64,000 nt of DNA from Dehalococcoidia bacterium (GCA_040902505.1 JBBDXE010000008.1:116792-180791), one strand, 5' to 3'; positions 1-9,112 are shown, numbered from the stretch's first letter. A program made the numbers and translations. The notes: a model not told the origin generated them from the letters alone.

Positions 1-406
1 CGCCCACAACCCGCTGGAGGCGCGGCACCTGGCGCGGGCGCTGCGGGACCACGAGCTGCCCCCCGGCGTCCGCCTGCACCTCGTCGCCGGCATCCTCGCC
101 GACAAGGAGCAGCAGGCGATGGTGCGGGCGCTGGCCGGCGTGGCCACGAGCGTCATCGTCACCCAGCCGCCCCTGGAGGAGCGCATCGGCGACCCGCAGC
201 GGATGCTGCGGCTCTTCGCCGGCGCCCTCGGCGAAGCAAACGTGGCCTTCGAGGCGTCCCCGCACGCTGCGCTCGAACGGGCCCTCGCCGCCGCCGCCCC
301 GGAGGATGTCGTCTGCGTCACCGGCTCCATCTTCCTCGTCGGTGCCCTGCGCGCGCGCTGGGTGCCTGAGCGCCGCATCCTCGACCGCCGCTCCGCGATG
401 CTCTGA
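1..406 (+). CDS. folC: Folylpolyglutamate synthase / dihydrofolate synthase (FolC), C-terminal fragment; 5' end upstream of window
   Basis: Frame 2 is open from the window edge (..HNPLEARHLARAL..GILADKEQQAMV..) to the stop at 404-406. C-terminal motif VCVTGSIFLVGAL is typical of the Mur-ligase C-terminal domain of FolC. Confidence 0.65.
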   Translation, partial: AHNPLEARHLARALRDHELPPGVRLHLVAGILADKEQQAMVRALAGVATSVIVTQPPLEERIGDPQRMLRLFAGALGEANVAFEASPHAALERALAAAAPEDVVCVTGSIFLVGALRARWVPERRILDRRSAML

Positions 407-507
407 GGGCGCCGCCGCAAGCCAGCCGCCCCTACAGCTTCACGCTCGGACGTCCCATACTGGGTTCGGCCGGCTCTTAGCGGCCCCGCGACTGAAAGGA
501 GCACGAC

Positions 508-1122
508 ATGGACTTCTTCGAGGTGATCCGCACCCAGCGCGCCATGCGCCGCCTCCTCCCCGACCCCGTCTCCGACGACGAGATCTGGCAGCTCCTCGAC
601 GCCGCCATCCGCGCCCCCAGCGGCGGCAACCGCCAGCCCTGGAACTTCCTCGTCGTCCGCGACCCCGCCCTCAAGGAGAAGATCGGCGTCTGGTATCTCG
701 ACGCCTGGCAGCGCATGTACGGCCCCGCCGCCAACGCCATGCAGGCCGACCCCGCCATGGCCCGCACCTTCCGCTCCGCCGACCACCTCGCCCGCCACCT
801 CGCCGAGGCCCCCGTCCTCATCATCGCCACCATCCGCAAGGAGATGCCCGTCACCGCCTACCCCACCCTCGGCGCCTCCGTCTACCCCGCCGTCCAGAAC
901 CTCATGCTCGCCGCCCGCGCCCTCGGCCTCGGCACCACCCTCACCACCCTCCACAAACTCCACGAGGGCGAGGTGAAGGAGCTGCTCGGCATCCCCGATG
1001 ATGTCGAGACCATGGCCCTCATCCCCGTCGGCCGCCCGAAGGGCAAGTTCGCCGAGGCAGCCCGCCTCCCCGTCGAGAAGGTCACCTACTGGGATCATTG
1101 GGGCGCGACGAAACAGCGATAG
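508..1122 (+). CDS. Nitroreductase family protein
   Basis: 204-aa ORF with the motif RAPSGGNRQPWNFLVV, characteristic of the NAD(P)H nitroreductase fold. ATG start at 508. Confidence 0.8.
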   Translation: MDFFEVIRTQRAMRRLLPDPVSDDEIWQLLDAAIRAPSGGNRQPWNFLVVRDPALKEKIGVWYLDAWQRMYGPAANAMQADPAMARTFRSADHLARHLAEAPVLIIATIRKEMPVTAYPTLGASVYPAVQNLMLAARALGLGTTLTTLHKLHEGEVKELLGIPDDVETMALIPVGRPKGKFAEAARLPVEKVTYWDHWGATKQR

Positions 1123-1189
1123 CGCCCGGCTGCGCCCGAGCGTCCAGAGGAGAACGTAGCGGCGTAGCTTCAGCTGCGCCCGGCCCCGG

Positions 1190-1220
1190 CTGACCGACTG
1201 ACAGACCGACAGACTGACCG
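1190..1220 (+). repeat. Short-period tandem repeat (CTGACNG)n in the spacer 3' of the nitroreductase gene
   Basis: Sequence ctgaccgactgacagaccgacagactgaccg. Period 7-8 nt, so TGA recurs in shifting frames. Confidence 0.7.
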
Positions 1221-1321
1221 GCTCCCGATGCTTGACCTCCGATCACACTCTTAACGGACGTGACGCCAACCCCCGCCCGCCGCCAGCTTCGCGGCGCCCC
1301 CCGCCATGTCAACGAGTCTGC

Positions 1322-1350
1322 TTGACACGTTTATGTCTCGGTGTTACGTT
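1322..1350 (+). promoter_or_regulatory. Putative sigma70-like promoter (TTGACA-17-TACGTT) in the long spacer upstream of the flp genes
   Basis: ttgaca at 1322-1327, a 17-nt spacer, then tacgtt at 1345-1350. The local sequence is more AT-rich than its surroundings. Confidence 0.35.
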
Positions 1351-1535
1351 CGATTCTGCTTTCTCCGCCAAAGCAGCGGGGCCCGGTACGGGGGTGGCCG
1401 CCGGAACCCGTCCAAGTTGAGCCTTGCATCGGGGGATTTCGCCCACTGGACGAGGGACGCGCGTAGCGCGCCCGGTGCATCGTTGTCGGCCGGATTCGGG
1501 GGGACGCCCGTGCAGCCCAGGGAGCGACCGCCCGT

Positions 1536-1561
1536 GACCGACCGCAACGTTGCGGTCGGTC
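1536..1561 (+). terminator. Perfect 26-nt palindrome (gaccgaccgcaacgttgcggtcggtc) followed by a U-rich tract (tcttgcgttgt); terminator-like or protein-binding site
   Basis: Reverse complement equals itself. Lies ~210 nt downstream of the putative promoter at 1322. Confidence 0.3.
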
Positions 1562-1913
1562 TTGCGTTGTAGGGGACGAGTAGATCCGGAAGGAGACGGC
1601 AGACACGGATGGCCCCGCCGCCCGCATTCCGCGGGCAAGCGTACAGCAGGCGGACGGGACCGGCGGCAACAGGAGCAGGGCGCTCCTCTCGCGCGGCTCA
1701 TCGTAACGCGCGCCGGTGACGCACTCAAAGCGTCACCGCGCACGCACCTTCGATGCTCTTCCCCGCACCCTGAGCGCCCGACAGACATCCCGCCTGTTGC
1801 CAGATAAGGAGGTGACGCAGGGAACGTCTGTCACACCCACACGGGCACACCCTTCGCCGCGGGGCGAAGGTCAACCAGCCAATCCATCAGTTGAAGGTTT
1901 CAGGAGGGTTCAG

Positions 1914-2159
1914 TTGTTGAGTATCGTCCTTTCAGCAGTCCGGTTCGCCCCGGCCATCAAGGATTACCTGTTCTCCCGAATGGGTGAGCGGGGCCAGGAC
2001 CTCGTCGAGTACGCCGTCCTCGTCGGCGGCATCGGCCTCATCCTCGCATTCGTCCTCTTCGCGTCCGACATCGACGGCGCGGCCCAGCAGTTCGCTGACC
2101 AGGTTGGCGCCTGCGTGAGCTTCGAGCAGAACGGCGGAGAATGCGAACTCGACCTCTAG
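1914..2159 (+). CDS. flp: Flp/Fap family type IVb prepilin (paralog 1)
   Basis: Canonical Flp processing motif G-QDLVEY followed by the hydrophobic stretch AVLVGGIGLILAFVLF. TTG start preceded by AGGAGG at 1902-1907. The 21-aa leader is conserved with paralog 2. Confidence 0.8.
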   Translation: MLSIVLSAVRFAPAIKDYLFSRMGERGQDLVEYAVLVGGIGLILAFVLFASDIDGAAQQFADQVGACVSFEQNGGECELDL

Positions 2160-2181
2160 GTCGAGACCAGGAGGGTCTAGT

Positions 2182-2427
2182 TTGTTGAGCATCGCTTGTT
2201 CCGCAGTCCGGTCGGCTCCGACCATCAAGGACTACCTGTTCGCCCGCGCGGGTGAGCGGGGCCAGGATCTCGTCGAGTATGCCGTCCTCGTTGGCGGCAT
2301 CGGCCTCATCGTCGCGTTCGCCCTCTTCACGGGCGACATTGGCGGGGCGGCCTGGCAGTTCGCCGATCAGCTCGGCGCCTGCGTCAGCTTCGAGCAGAAC
2401 GGCGGCCAGTGCGAGCTCGACCTCTAG
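2182..2427 (+). CDS. flp: Flp/Fap family type IVb prepilin (paralog 2; tandem duplicate of paralog 1)
   Basis: 81 aa, about 80% identical to paralog 1 (..IKDYLFARAGERG-QDLVEYAVLVGGIGLIVAFALF..). Same AGGAGGGT RBS context. Start coordinate accurate to +/-1. Confidence 0.8.
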   Translation: MLSIACSAVRSAPTIKDYLFARAGERGQDLVEYAVLVGGIGLIVAFALFTGDIGGAAWQFADQLGACVSFEQNGGQCELDL

Positions 2428-2441
2428 TCGAGACGGCGGCA

Positions 2442-2472
2442 GGGAGGGGTGGCCGCCTGCCACCCCTCCCTC
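2442..2472 (+). other. GC-rich stem-loop (12-bp stem agggaggggtgg/ccacccctccct, 7-nt loop) between flp2 and flp3
   Basis: Inverted repeat read directly from the sequence. No U-tract follows it. It may act as an mRNA stabiliser, attenuator or processing site between the pilin paralogs. Confidence 0.4.
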
Positions 2473-2497
2473 ACATTCCCCGCGGGGCGGACAGAGC

Positions 2498-2701
2498 ATG
2501 AAGACAGAACTCGTTCGGCGTAGTGAGCAAGGTCAGGATCTGGTGGAGTATGCCGTCCTGTTCGGCTGGATCGGGATCGCCGCGTTCATGACGCTGACGC
2601 TCAACTCCACGATCTCCGACGCCATGACATCGTTCACGCAGACCGTGATTGGCTGCGTGTCCTTCGGGGCCCAGGGCAGTGAATGTGCAATGGACCTATA
2701 G
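2498..2701 (+). CDS. flp: Flp/Fap family type IVb prepilin (paralog 3, divergent, short leader)
   Basis: MKTELVRRSEQG-QDLVEYAVLFGWIGIAAF.. The same G/XXXXEY motif sits behind a 12-aa leader. The mature part differs from paralogs 1 and 2. Confidence 0.75.
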   Translation: MKTELVRRSEQGQDLVEYAVLFGWIGIAAFMTLTLNSTISDAMTSFTQTVIGCVSFGAQGSECAMDL

Positions 2702-2727
2702 CCACGAAATTACTCGACAGGCGAAAC

Positions 2728-3267
2728 ATGAGAACGTTACACATCCGGCGGCACGAGAGGGGGCAGGGACTCGTCGAGTTCGCTGTCATCTTCCCCCTGT
2801 TCATCCTCCTCCTGTTCGCCATGGTCGATGGTGGCATCGTGATGGGACGCTACAACAACGTCACCAACGCGGCCAAGGAGGGCGCGCGCTATGCCGCCGT
2901 ACAGACCGGAAATGACGACACCGCAAAATCGAGAATCGTCGACTTGGTGAAGAACCACGCCCACGGGGCCCTGGACAGCGACCTTACGACCACTTGCGGC
3001 AACTTCTACGCCGCCTCCGCCGACAATGCTATCTGCGTGCAGTGGCTCGAGGGCCCGGACGGACAGGACCCGGGCGAGGTCGGCTCTTACGTCCGCGTTG
3101 CCATCCGGCACCGGCAGGACCTCATGCTCAGGATCCTCCCCGCCCTTGGTGGGCTGGGCACTTGGGAGATCGAAGGCTGCGCGCTCCAGCGCGTCGAGCG
3201 GCCCATCGACGTTGATGGCGACGAAGACGACGTCGACGAAGGATGCGATGACTTTGACGCACTCTGA
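2728..3267 (+). CDS. tadE: TadE-like pseudopilin / Flp pilus assembly protein
   Basis: N-terminus MRTLHIRRHERGQGLVEFAVIFPLFILLLFAMVDGG matches the TadE-like domain signature (ERGQ..VEFAL..P). Position after the flp genes supports this. Confidence 0.7.
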   Translation: MRTLHIRRHERGQGLVEFAVIFPLFILLLFAMVDGGIVMGRYNNVTNAAKEGARYAAVQTGNDDTAKSRIVDLVKNHAHGALDSDLTTTCGNFYAASADNAICVQWLEGPDGQDPGEVGSYVRVAIRHRQDLMLRILPALGGLGTWEIEGCALQRVERPIDVDGDEDDVDEGCDDFDAL

Positions 3268-4696
3268 GAGCGGCAGCCGCCCGCCGCGCGGAAGGCGGTC
3301 AGAGCACGGTCAGACGATCGTGCTCTTTGTCGCGTTCTTCTCCATTATGCTCCTGCTCGCCGGCTTCGCCATCGACCAGGGCAACTGGCTCAACCACCGC
3401 CGCGATGCCCAGAAGGACGCAGACAGCGCCGCCCGCATCGGCGCCGCGTACCTCGTGACGGCGCTCGAAGACCACAGCATCAGCGGGGCAGAGAGCACCA
3501 ACGCGACCAACCACATCAAGGCCGGTATTGACCGCAACACCGGGCCCGGGTCGCTCGCCGGCGTCACCATTAACGCCGCTACCTGCCCCACGTCCGAAAG
3601 CGGCAACATCCAGAACGTCGCGTCCGTCGAAGTGGTCGCGCACCGCCCGGCGGGAGGTCTCTTCACCGCGCTCTTCAACATTGATGACACGTCCGCTCAG
3701 AATATCGGCGCCCGGGCCACCACATGCGCGGGCACCGCGCAGACCCTGCACGCGCAGAGCATCGAAGGCATCCCGCTGGCCCTTGTGCGCCCGTCTTCTA
3801 CCTTGCTAGGTCAGACTGGCTCTAACCAGTATGCATGCCCACAATCAACGTGCCCCCGGCAGAAGGACTGCTTCGAGAACAGCGCCACCGGCGGCCTCAT
3901 CCTCGGTCGGGAGTGCGTGATCATGTGGTCCGAGGAGGACGACGAGGACTTCGGCGGCCCCCGCAGCCTCTTCCGGGCCGACCCGGACGACGATGACGAG
4001 TGTGAAGACGGCAACAGCGGCCGGAGCGAGATCGAAGACGGCATCGAGGACGGTATCGAGTTCATCTGCACCGTCGTACCGGGCAGTTCCTGCGGCAGCG
4101 GCGTCGCCTACTGCGTCAATGACTACAACAACGATATGTACGACGACGCCATCAGCGCCTTCGAGGAGCGACTGGACCGTGATGATGACTGCTCCGGTGA
4201 CAGCAGTCGGAACATCAGGTTCCGGGCGACCTTTTCCTTTGCGTCGGGAGAGTCGATCCCCAGCGGCAACGTGCCGGAGGGCATGGGAGGCTCCAGCAGC
4301 TCCAACAGCGAGGTCTACGCTCGGCAGGAATGTGACACGCCTCGAACCGTCCTGATGCCGGTCGTCATGGACGACAACGGCAGCGGCCGACAGCGCGTGC
4401 TCGGCTTCGTCCTGGTCTACATTACCGGCTGCTTCCGCCGCGATTTGAGCCTGTCGAACAGCAACTCGCTGAGTAATAACAACGGGCTGTGCAACGTTGA
4501 TGAGGATGACGAGGACATGGAGGTGCGCGGTGTCCCCATCCGTGTGTTCCTGAGCGAGGAAGACTCGATTGGCGGGCTCTGCCCCCTGCGGGTCACGACG
4601 AATACGCCGGGTACCAATACACCGTGCGTCACGTCGTTTTCAGGTAGCAGCTTTATCACCCTGAACGGGGCAGTCACGATCCAGACCACCAGGTAA
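3248..4696 (+). CDS. tadG: TadG-like / Tad N-terminal domain pilus assembly protein with an acidic Cys-rich C-terminal region
   Basis: N-terminus ..RRSEHGQTIVLFVAFFSIMLLLAGFAIDQGNWLNHRRDAQKDADSAARIGAAYL matches the Tad-like N-terminal domain. Start is uncertain: ATG 3248 overlaps the tadE-like stop by 20 nt, and in-frame upstream ATGs exist. Confidence 0.6.
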   Translation: MTLTHSESGSRPPRGRRSEHGQTIVLFVAFFSIMLLLAGFAIDQGNWLNHRRDAQKDADSAARIGAAYLVTALEDHSISGAESTNATNHIKAGIDRNTGPGSLAGVTINAATCPTSESGNIQNVASVEVVAHRPAGGLFTALFNIDDTSAQNIGARATTCAGTAQTLHAQSIEGIPLALVRPSSTLLGQTGSNQYACPQSTCPRQKDCFENSATGGLILGRECVIMWSEEDDEDFGGPRSLFRADPDDDDECEDGNSGRSEIEDGIEDGIEFICTVVPGSSCGSGVAYCVNDYNNDMYDDAISAFEERLDRDDDCSGDSSRNIRFRATFSFASGESIPSGNVPEGMGGSSSSNSEVYARQECDTPRTVLMPVVMDDNGSGRQRVLGFVLVYITGCFRRDLSLSNSNSLSNNNGLCNVDEDDEDMEVRGVPIRVFLSEEDSIGGLCPLRVTTNTPGTNTPCVTSFSGSSFITLNGAVTIQTTR

Positions 4697-4710
4697 AGGA
4701 CGGGAGAACA

Positions 4711-5529
4711 ATGGCACGAACGCTGGCACAACAGAACCCGGAACGCGCGAACCGGCTCATCTTCCTCGGCGCGCTCCTCCTCGCCGCCATCGCGGCGGTC
4801 CTCGTCTTCGTCGCCCTGGGCAACTTCGGTGATGACGGAGGCGGCGGCACGCTCACCGGCGACGTCGACGTCGTCGTCGCCTCGCACGGCCTCCCGGCGG
4901 GGACGAAGATCAGCGCCAGCGACCTCGAGCTCGCCACGTTCCCCAGCCAGAACGTCATCGACGGCGCCCTTACCAACCGCGACGAGCTGACGGGCTTCAC
5001 CACCCTCTACCCCATGGCCAAGGGCGACCAGTTCGCCCTCAGCAAGCTCGTGGAGGGTGAGCCCGACGCGCAGGCCGGCCTGGCCTACAGCATCCCCGCG
5101 AACTACCGCGCCATCGCCATCAGCGTCGATGCCGATAAGATCGTCGGCGGCCACCTGCGCGTCGGCGACCGCGTCGACGTCATCGCCGTCTACGATGTGA
5201 ACTCCGCGGAAGGCGGCAGCACCAGCGCCGCCCGCGTCCTCATGCAGGACATTGAGGTCCTGGCCGTCGCCGACACCGCGCCGGAGGCCATCACCCGCTT
5301 CGACGAGGACGGCAAGCTCATCGTTCCCGAGGACGGCGGCGAGGCCCGCTCGCTGCTGCCGAGTGAGGAAGACCCCAACCCCGACGCCGACACCATCACG
5401 CTCGCCGTCGAGTCGAACCTCACCGCCACGCTCGCGCTGGCGGCGGAGTCCGGGACGATCTATGTCGCGCTGCGCCCGAAGGGCGCCACCGACGGCGTCG
5501 ACAGCGAGCCGGTGTCGCAGCTGCAATAG
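4711..5529 (+). CDS. cpaB: Flp pilus assembly protein CpaB/RcpC
   Basis: N-terminal TM segment followed by a SAF-like segment (VVVASHGLPAGTKISASDLELATFP). Gene order is as in tad loci. Confidence 0.75.
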   Translation: MARTLAQQNPERANRLIFLGALLLAAIAAVLVFVALGNFGDDGGGGTLTGDVDVVVASHGLPAGTKISASDLELATFPSQNVIDGALTNRDELTGFTTLYPMAKGDQFALSKLVEGEPDAQAGLAYSIPANYRAIAISVDADKIVGGHLRVGDRVDVIAVYDVNSAEGGSTSAARVLMQDIEVLAVADTAPEAITRFDEDGKLIVPEDGGEARSLLPSEEDPNPDADTITLAVESNLTATLALAAESGTIYVALRPKGATDGVDSEPVSQLQ

Positions 5530-5572
5530 GGGCAAGAGAGAACGTAAGGAAGCAAGGACCCACGGAGGACAA

Positions 5573-6793
5573 GTGGCCAAGACACCGTCAGCCCTGATCG
5601 TAGACACAGACATTCAGGCGCGCTTCGAAGCCAAGCAGATCGTGAAGGCCTCCGGCCTGACGATCGCCGGCGAATGCGGCTTCGGGATGGAGGCGGTGTC
5701 ACTGGCGTCCGAGGTGCGCCCGGACATCGTGCTCGTCGGCGTCGGCGAGCCCATGGAGCGTCCGCTCCAGACCGTCGAATCGCTCCAGAGCCTGCTCCCC
5801 GAAACGCCCATCATCGTCTACTCCGACTCCAAGGAGATCGAGACGATCCGCAAGGCCATGATGGCCGGCGCCCGGGACTTCCTGACCAAACCGTTCAAGC
5901 CGGAGACCATGCGGGCCTCCGCCGTGGCCGCGCTGGAGTCGGAGGAGAAGAAGAAGCTGCGCCAGCTGGGGCAGATCCCCACCGCCCCCACCGCCGGCAC
6001 CGTGGTCACCATCTTCGGCGCCAAGGGCGGCATCGGCAAGTCCACCGTCGCCACCAACCTCGCCGTCGCCCTGGCCCGCATGGAGCGCTCCTCCGTCTGC
6101 ATCATCGACCTGGACAACGGCTTCGGCGACATCGCCGGCATGCTCGATGTCCGCCCCGAACGCACCCTCTCCGACATGGTGCGCGATATCGACAGCATCG
6201 AGCGCGAGGACATCCCACGTTACATGACGCGCCACGAGCTGACCGAGCTGGACATCCTGGCCGGCCCCACAGTCCTCGACTGGCGCAAGATCTCGCCGGA
6301 CCAGGTCCGCGCCGTGATCGAGCTGCTCGCCAAGAACTACGACACGGTGCTTCTCGACACCTGCGGCTCCCTGAACGAGCTGGCCGAGATGGCCGTCGAA
6401 GTGGCCACCATCGTCCTCTGGATCACCACCACCGAGTTCGCCAGCGTGAAGGACTCGCTGGAGGCCATGCGCGCCCTGAAGATGCTCTCCTACTCCCAGG
6501 AGCGCGTGCGCATCGTCATGAACGCCATCTCCCCGGACGACGGCGTTCGCCCGGCCGTCGTGCAGGACGCCCTCCAGCGTGATGTGTTCTGGAACATCCC
6601 GTACGACAAGAAGGTGCGACAGGGCACGCACCTGGGCCAGCCCATCGTCATTACGGCGCCGCAGTCCGTCGCCGCCAAGAGCATCAATGACCTGGCGACC
6701 GTCATCGCCGGCGGGCGGCTCGACCAGCGCAGGATTCTCGGCGGGTTCAAGTGGCGGCCCGGCACCCAGGCAGCCGTCGCGGAGGGTGGATAG
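5573..6793 (+). CDS. cpaE: Pilus assembly protein CpaE/TadZ (receiver-like domain + ParA/MinD-type ATPase)
   Basis: GTG start at 5573 with GGAGG 5 nt upstream. The N-terminal CheY-like region is followed by a deviant Walker A (GAKGGIGKSTVATNLA). The longer ORF from 5252 is rejected. Confidence 0.8.
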   Translation: MAKTPSALIVDTDIQARFEAKQIVKASGLTIAGECGFGMEAVSLASEVRPDIVLVGVGEPMERPLQTVESLQSLLPETPIIVYSDSKEIETIRKAMMAGARDFLTKPFKPETMRASAVAALESEEKKKLRQLGQIPTAPTAGTVVTIFGAKGGIGKSTVATNLAVALARMERSSVCIIDLDNGFGDIAGMLDVRPERTLSDMVRDIDSIEREDIPRYMTRHELTELDILAGPTVLDWRKISPDQVRAVIELLAKNYDTVLLDTCGSLNELAEMAVEVATIVLWITTTEFASVKDSLEAMRALKMLSYSQERVRIVMNAISPDDGVRPAVVQDALQRDVFWNIPYDKKVRQGTHLGQPIVITAPQSVAAKSINDLATVIAGGRLDQRRILGGFKWRPGTQAAVAEGG

Positions 6794-6796
6794 ATC

Positions 6797-8137
6797 ATGG
6801 CAATCGAAACAAAGTACGACTTCAGCCGCGCTCAGCTCGACGACTCCCAGAGCGAGAACGAGTGGTTCGAGGCGGTCCACGCCATCCACCAGCGCATGCT
6901 GCAAGAAATAGACATGAACGCCATCGAGAAGCTCAGCACCGAGCGCGCGCGAGAGGCCGTGACGGTCGCCGCGCGCCAGCTGGTGACCCAGACCTACCCC
7001 TCCCTTCTCGGAGACGACCGCGAGCGCGTGATCAAGCGCGTCATCGACGAAGCCATCGGCTACGGGCCGATCGAGCCCCTGATCGACGATGACTCCGTGT
7101 CTGAGGTGATGGTGAACGCCCCCGAAGAGATCTACTTCGAGCGCGACGGCATCATCTACCTCTCGCCGCTGCGCTTCAAGGACAACTCCCACATCATGCG
7201 CGTGGTGGAGCGCATCATCGCTCCCCTCGGCCGCCGCGTCGACGAATCGTCGCCCTACGTGGACGCCCGCCTGCCCGATGGCTCGCGCGTGAACATCGTC
7301 ATCCCGCCCCTCGTCCCGCGCAGCCCGACGATGACCATCCGCAAATTCCGCCGCGAGAAGTTCAAGGTCGCGGACCTGATCACCAACGGCACACTCACCG
7401 AGCAGATCTCGGAGTTCATGCGCGCCTGCGTGCGGCAGCGCCTCAACATCGCGATCTCCGGCGGGACGGGCACCGGCAAGACCACGCTGCTTAATGCGCT
7501 GTCAGGGTTCATCCCCAACAGCGAGCGGATCATCTCCATCGAGGACCCGATCGAGATGAAGCTGCAGCAGACACACTCGGTCGCCATGGAAGCCCGCCCA
7601 CCCAACATCGAGGGCAAAAACGAGGTCACCCAGCGAGACCTGGTGCGCAACGCCCTCCGTATGCGCCCTGACCGCATCATCGTCGGCGAAGTCCGCGGTG
7701 CCGAGGCCTTTGACATGCTTCAGGCCATGAACACCGGCCACGAGGGCTCGCTGACCACCGTCCACGCCAACTCGCCCCGGGACGCCCTCATCCGCATCGA
7801 GAACATGGTGATGATGGCGGGCTTCGAACTGCCCGTCCGCGCCATCCGCGAACAGATCGCGGCTGCGCTGCACCTTCTCATCCACATCGCCCGATTCTCG
7901 GACGGACGGCGCCGCGTGATCAACATCACCGAGGTCACCGGCCGCGAAGGAGATACGCTGACGACACAGGACATCTTCGCCTTCCGCCAGGAGGGACTGG
8001 ACCCCGATGGCCGCGTGCTGGGCGACCTCGAGCCAACCGGCATCGTCCCCAGCTTCGCCGATGACTTCGCCCGATCCGGCTTCCCCCTGGAACTCATGCT
8101 CATGCCTGGCATGGCCGCCACGGGAGGTCGCCGATGA
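6797..8137 (+). CDS. cpaF: Tad secretion ATPase CpaF/TadA (VirB11-type)
   Basis: Walker A GGTGTGKTT, Asp box and His box (GHEGSLTTVHANS) of the T2SS/T4SS ATPase family. ATG at 6797 lies 3 nt after the cpaE stop. Confidence 0.9.
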   Translation: MAIETKYDFSRAQLDDSQSENEWFEAVHAIHQRMLQEIDMNAIEKLSTERAREAVTVAARQLVTQTYPSLLGDDRERVIKRVIDEAIGYGPIEPLIDDDSVSEVMVNAPEEIYFERDGIIYLSPLRFKDNSHIMRVVERIIAPLGRRVDESSPYVDARLPDGSRVNIVIPPLVPRSPTMTIRKFRREKFKVADLITNGTLTEQISEFMRACVRQRLNIAISGGTGTGKTTLLNALSGFIPNSERIISIEDPIEMKLQQTHSVAMEARPPNIEGKNEVTQRDLVRNALRMRPDRIIVGEVRGAEAFDMLQAMNTGHEGSLTTVHANSPRDALIRIENMVMMAGFELPVRAIREQIAAALHLLIHIARFSDGRRRVINITEVTGREGDTLTTQDIFAFRQEGLDPDGRVLGDLEPTGIVPSFADDFARSGFPLELMLMPGMAATGGRR

Positions 8138-9102
8138 TCGAGCTGATTGCCGCCGTCGCCGCCGGTCTCGCCGTCGGACTCTTCGCGCTTTTCGTCATCC
8201 GGCTCATCTCTCTTCGCCCGGAGGACTACCGTATCCGCCGCCTCCGCGAGCGCCCGCAGGTGGTCCGCCGCGACCTCTCCTCAGAGGAGGTCATGCGCAA
8301 GGACTCCTCGCGCTTGCCGTTCCTGCGCGGTCTGCTCACCAACAGCGCCTGGGCGCAGCGCACGGAACTGCAGATCGAACAGGCGGGCCTCCATCTCCGG
8401 GTCGGCGAGTACCTGATCGGCCGGCTGGGCTTCACGCTCGCCGCGTTCGTCGTCGTCGCCCTCGCCTATCGCAGCACCCCGGGCACCATCGTGGCCCTCG
8501 CCTGCGCGGGCGTGGCCTTCGTCATCCCCGCCATCTGGCTGAAGGCTCTGCGCCAGCGGCGCATGGACCGCATCGCGAAGCAACTGCCCGAGGCCGTGAC
8601 GCTCATGGCCAACTCCCTCCGTGCGGGGTTCGCCTTCCAGCACGGCGTCGACATGGTCGCGCAGCAGATGGAAGCCCCGATCAGCGACGAGTTCACGCGC
8701 CTCATGGTCGACTTGAACCTCGGCGCCTCGGTCGAGGAGGGGTTGCAGGGCCTCATGGCCCGCGCTGACTCCGATGACATGAACCTCGTCGTGACTGCCA
8801 TCCTCATCCAGCGTTCCAGCGGTGGCAATCTCGCTGAGATTCTGGACATCGTGGGCGAGACCATGCGCGAACGCGAGCGCCTCACCGGCGAGGTCCGCAC
8901 CATGACCGCACAGCAGCGCTTCTCCGGCATGGTGCTGTCCATCTGGCCCCTCGCCCTGCTCGCCTTCTTCTCACTGATCAACTGGGACCAGACGTCCCTG
9001 CTCTTCACCACGAACGTCGGCCTGCTGCTGCTCGGAGTCATGGCGGTTGGCCAGGTGCTTGGATTTGTGACCATCCGCCGGATTCTGGACATCGATATCT
9101 AG
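8134..9102 (+). CDS. tadB: Tad pilus inner-membrane platform protein TadB (T2SS F domain)
   Basis: Polytopic membrane protein of the GspF-like family. ATGA start/stop overlap with cpaF. Confidence 0.8.
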   Translation: MIELIAAVAAGLAVGLFALFVIRLISLRPEDYRIRRLRERPQVVRRDLSSEEVMRKDSSRLPFLRGLLTNSAWAQRTELQIEQAGLHLRVGEYLIGRLGFTLAAFVVVALAYRSTPGTIVALACAGVAFVIPAIWLKALRQRRMDRIAKQLPEAVTLMANSLRAGFAFQHGVDMVAQQMEAPISDEFTRLMVDLNLGASVEEGLQGLMARADSDDMNLVVTAILIQRSSGGNLAEILDIVGETMRERERLTGEVRTMTAQQRFSGMVLSIWPLALLAFFSLINWDQTSLLFTTNVGLLLLGVMAVGQVLGFVTIRRILDIDI

Positions 9103-9112
9103 GGGATAGCTC

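Noticed and set aside
306-1001. 231-aa Pro/Arg-rich ORF overlapping the nitroreductase gene in another frame; similar long Arg/Pro/Gly-rich ORFs occur throughout (e.g. 5674..6582, 18665..20698, 16369..17541, 55408..56001)
   Set aside because: Low-complexity translations of GC-rich DNA in off-frames or antisense to genes with clear homology-type motifs (cpaE, atpA, atpD, the substrate-binding protein). No plausible start context. Artefacts of ~70% GC.
1569-1610. GAUCCGGAAGGAGACGGCAG segment resembling the SRP RNA domain IV motif (GGUCCGGAAGGAAGCAGC)
   Set aside because: Only the GGAA-tetraloop neighbourhood matches. The symmetric-loop nucleotides (AGCAGC) differ. No flanking helix with a plausible 5'/3' closing stem was found, and the nearest promoter is 250 nt upstream. 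Not enough to call an ffs gene without a covariance-model scan.
5699-7192. 497-aa ORF antisense to cpaE/cpaF
   Set aside because: Entirely overlaps two genes with strong ATPase motifs on the other strand. Gly/Asp/Val-rich composition typical of antisense GC-rich frames.
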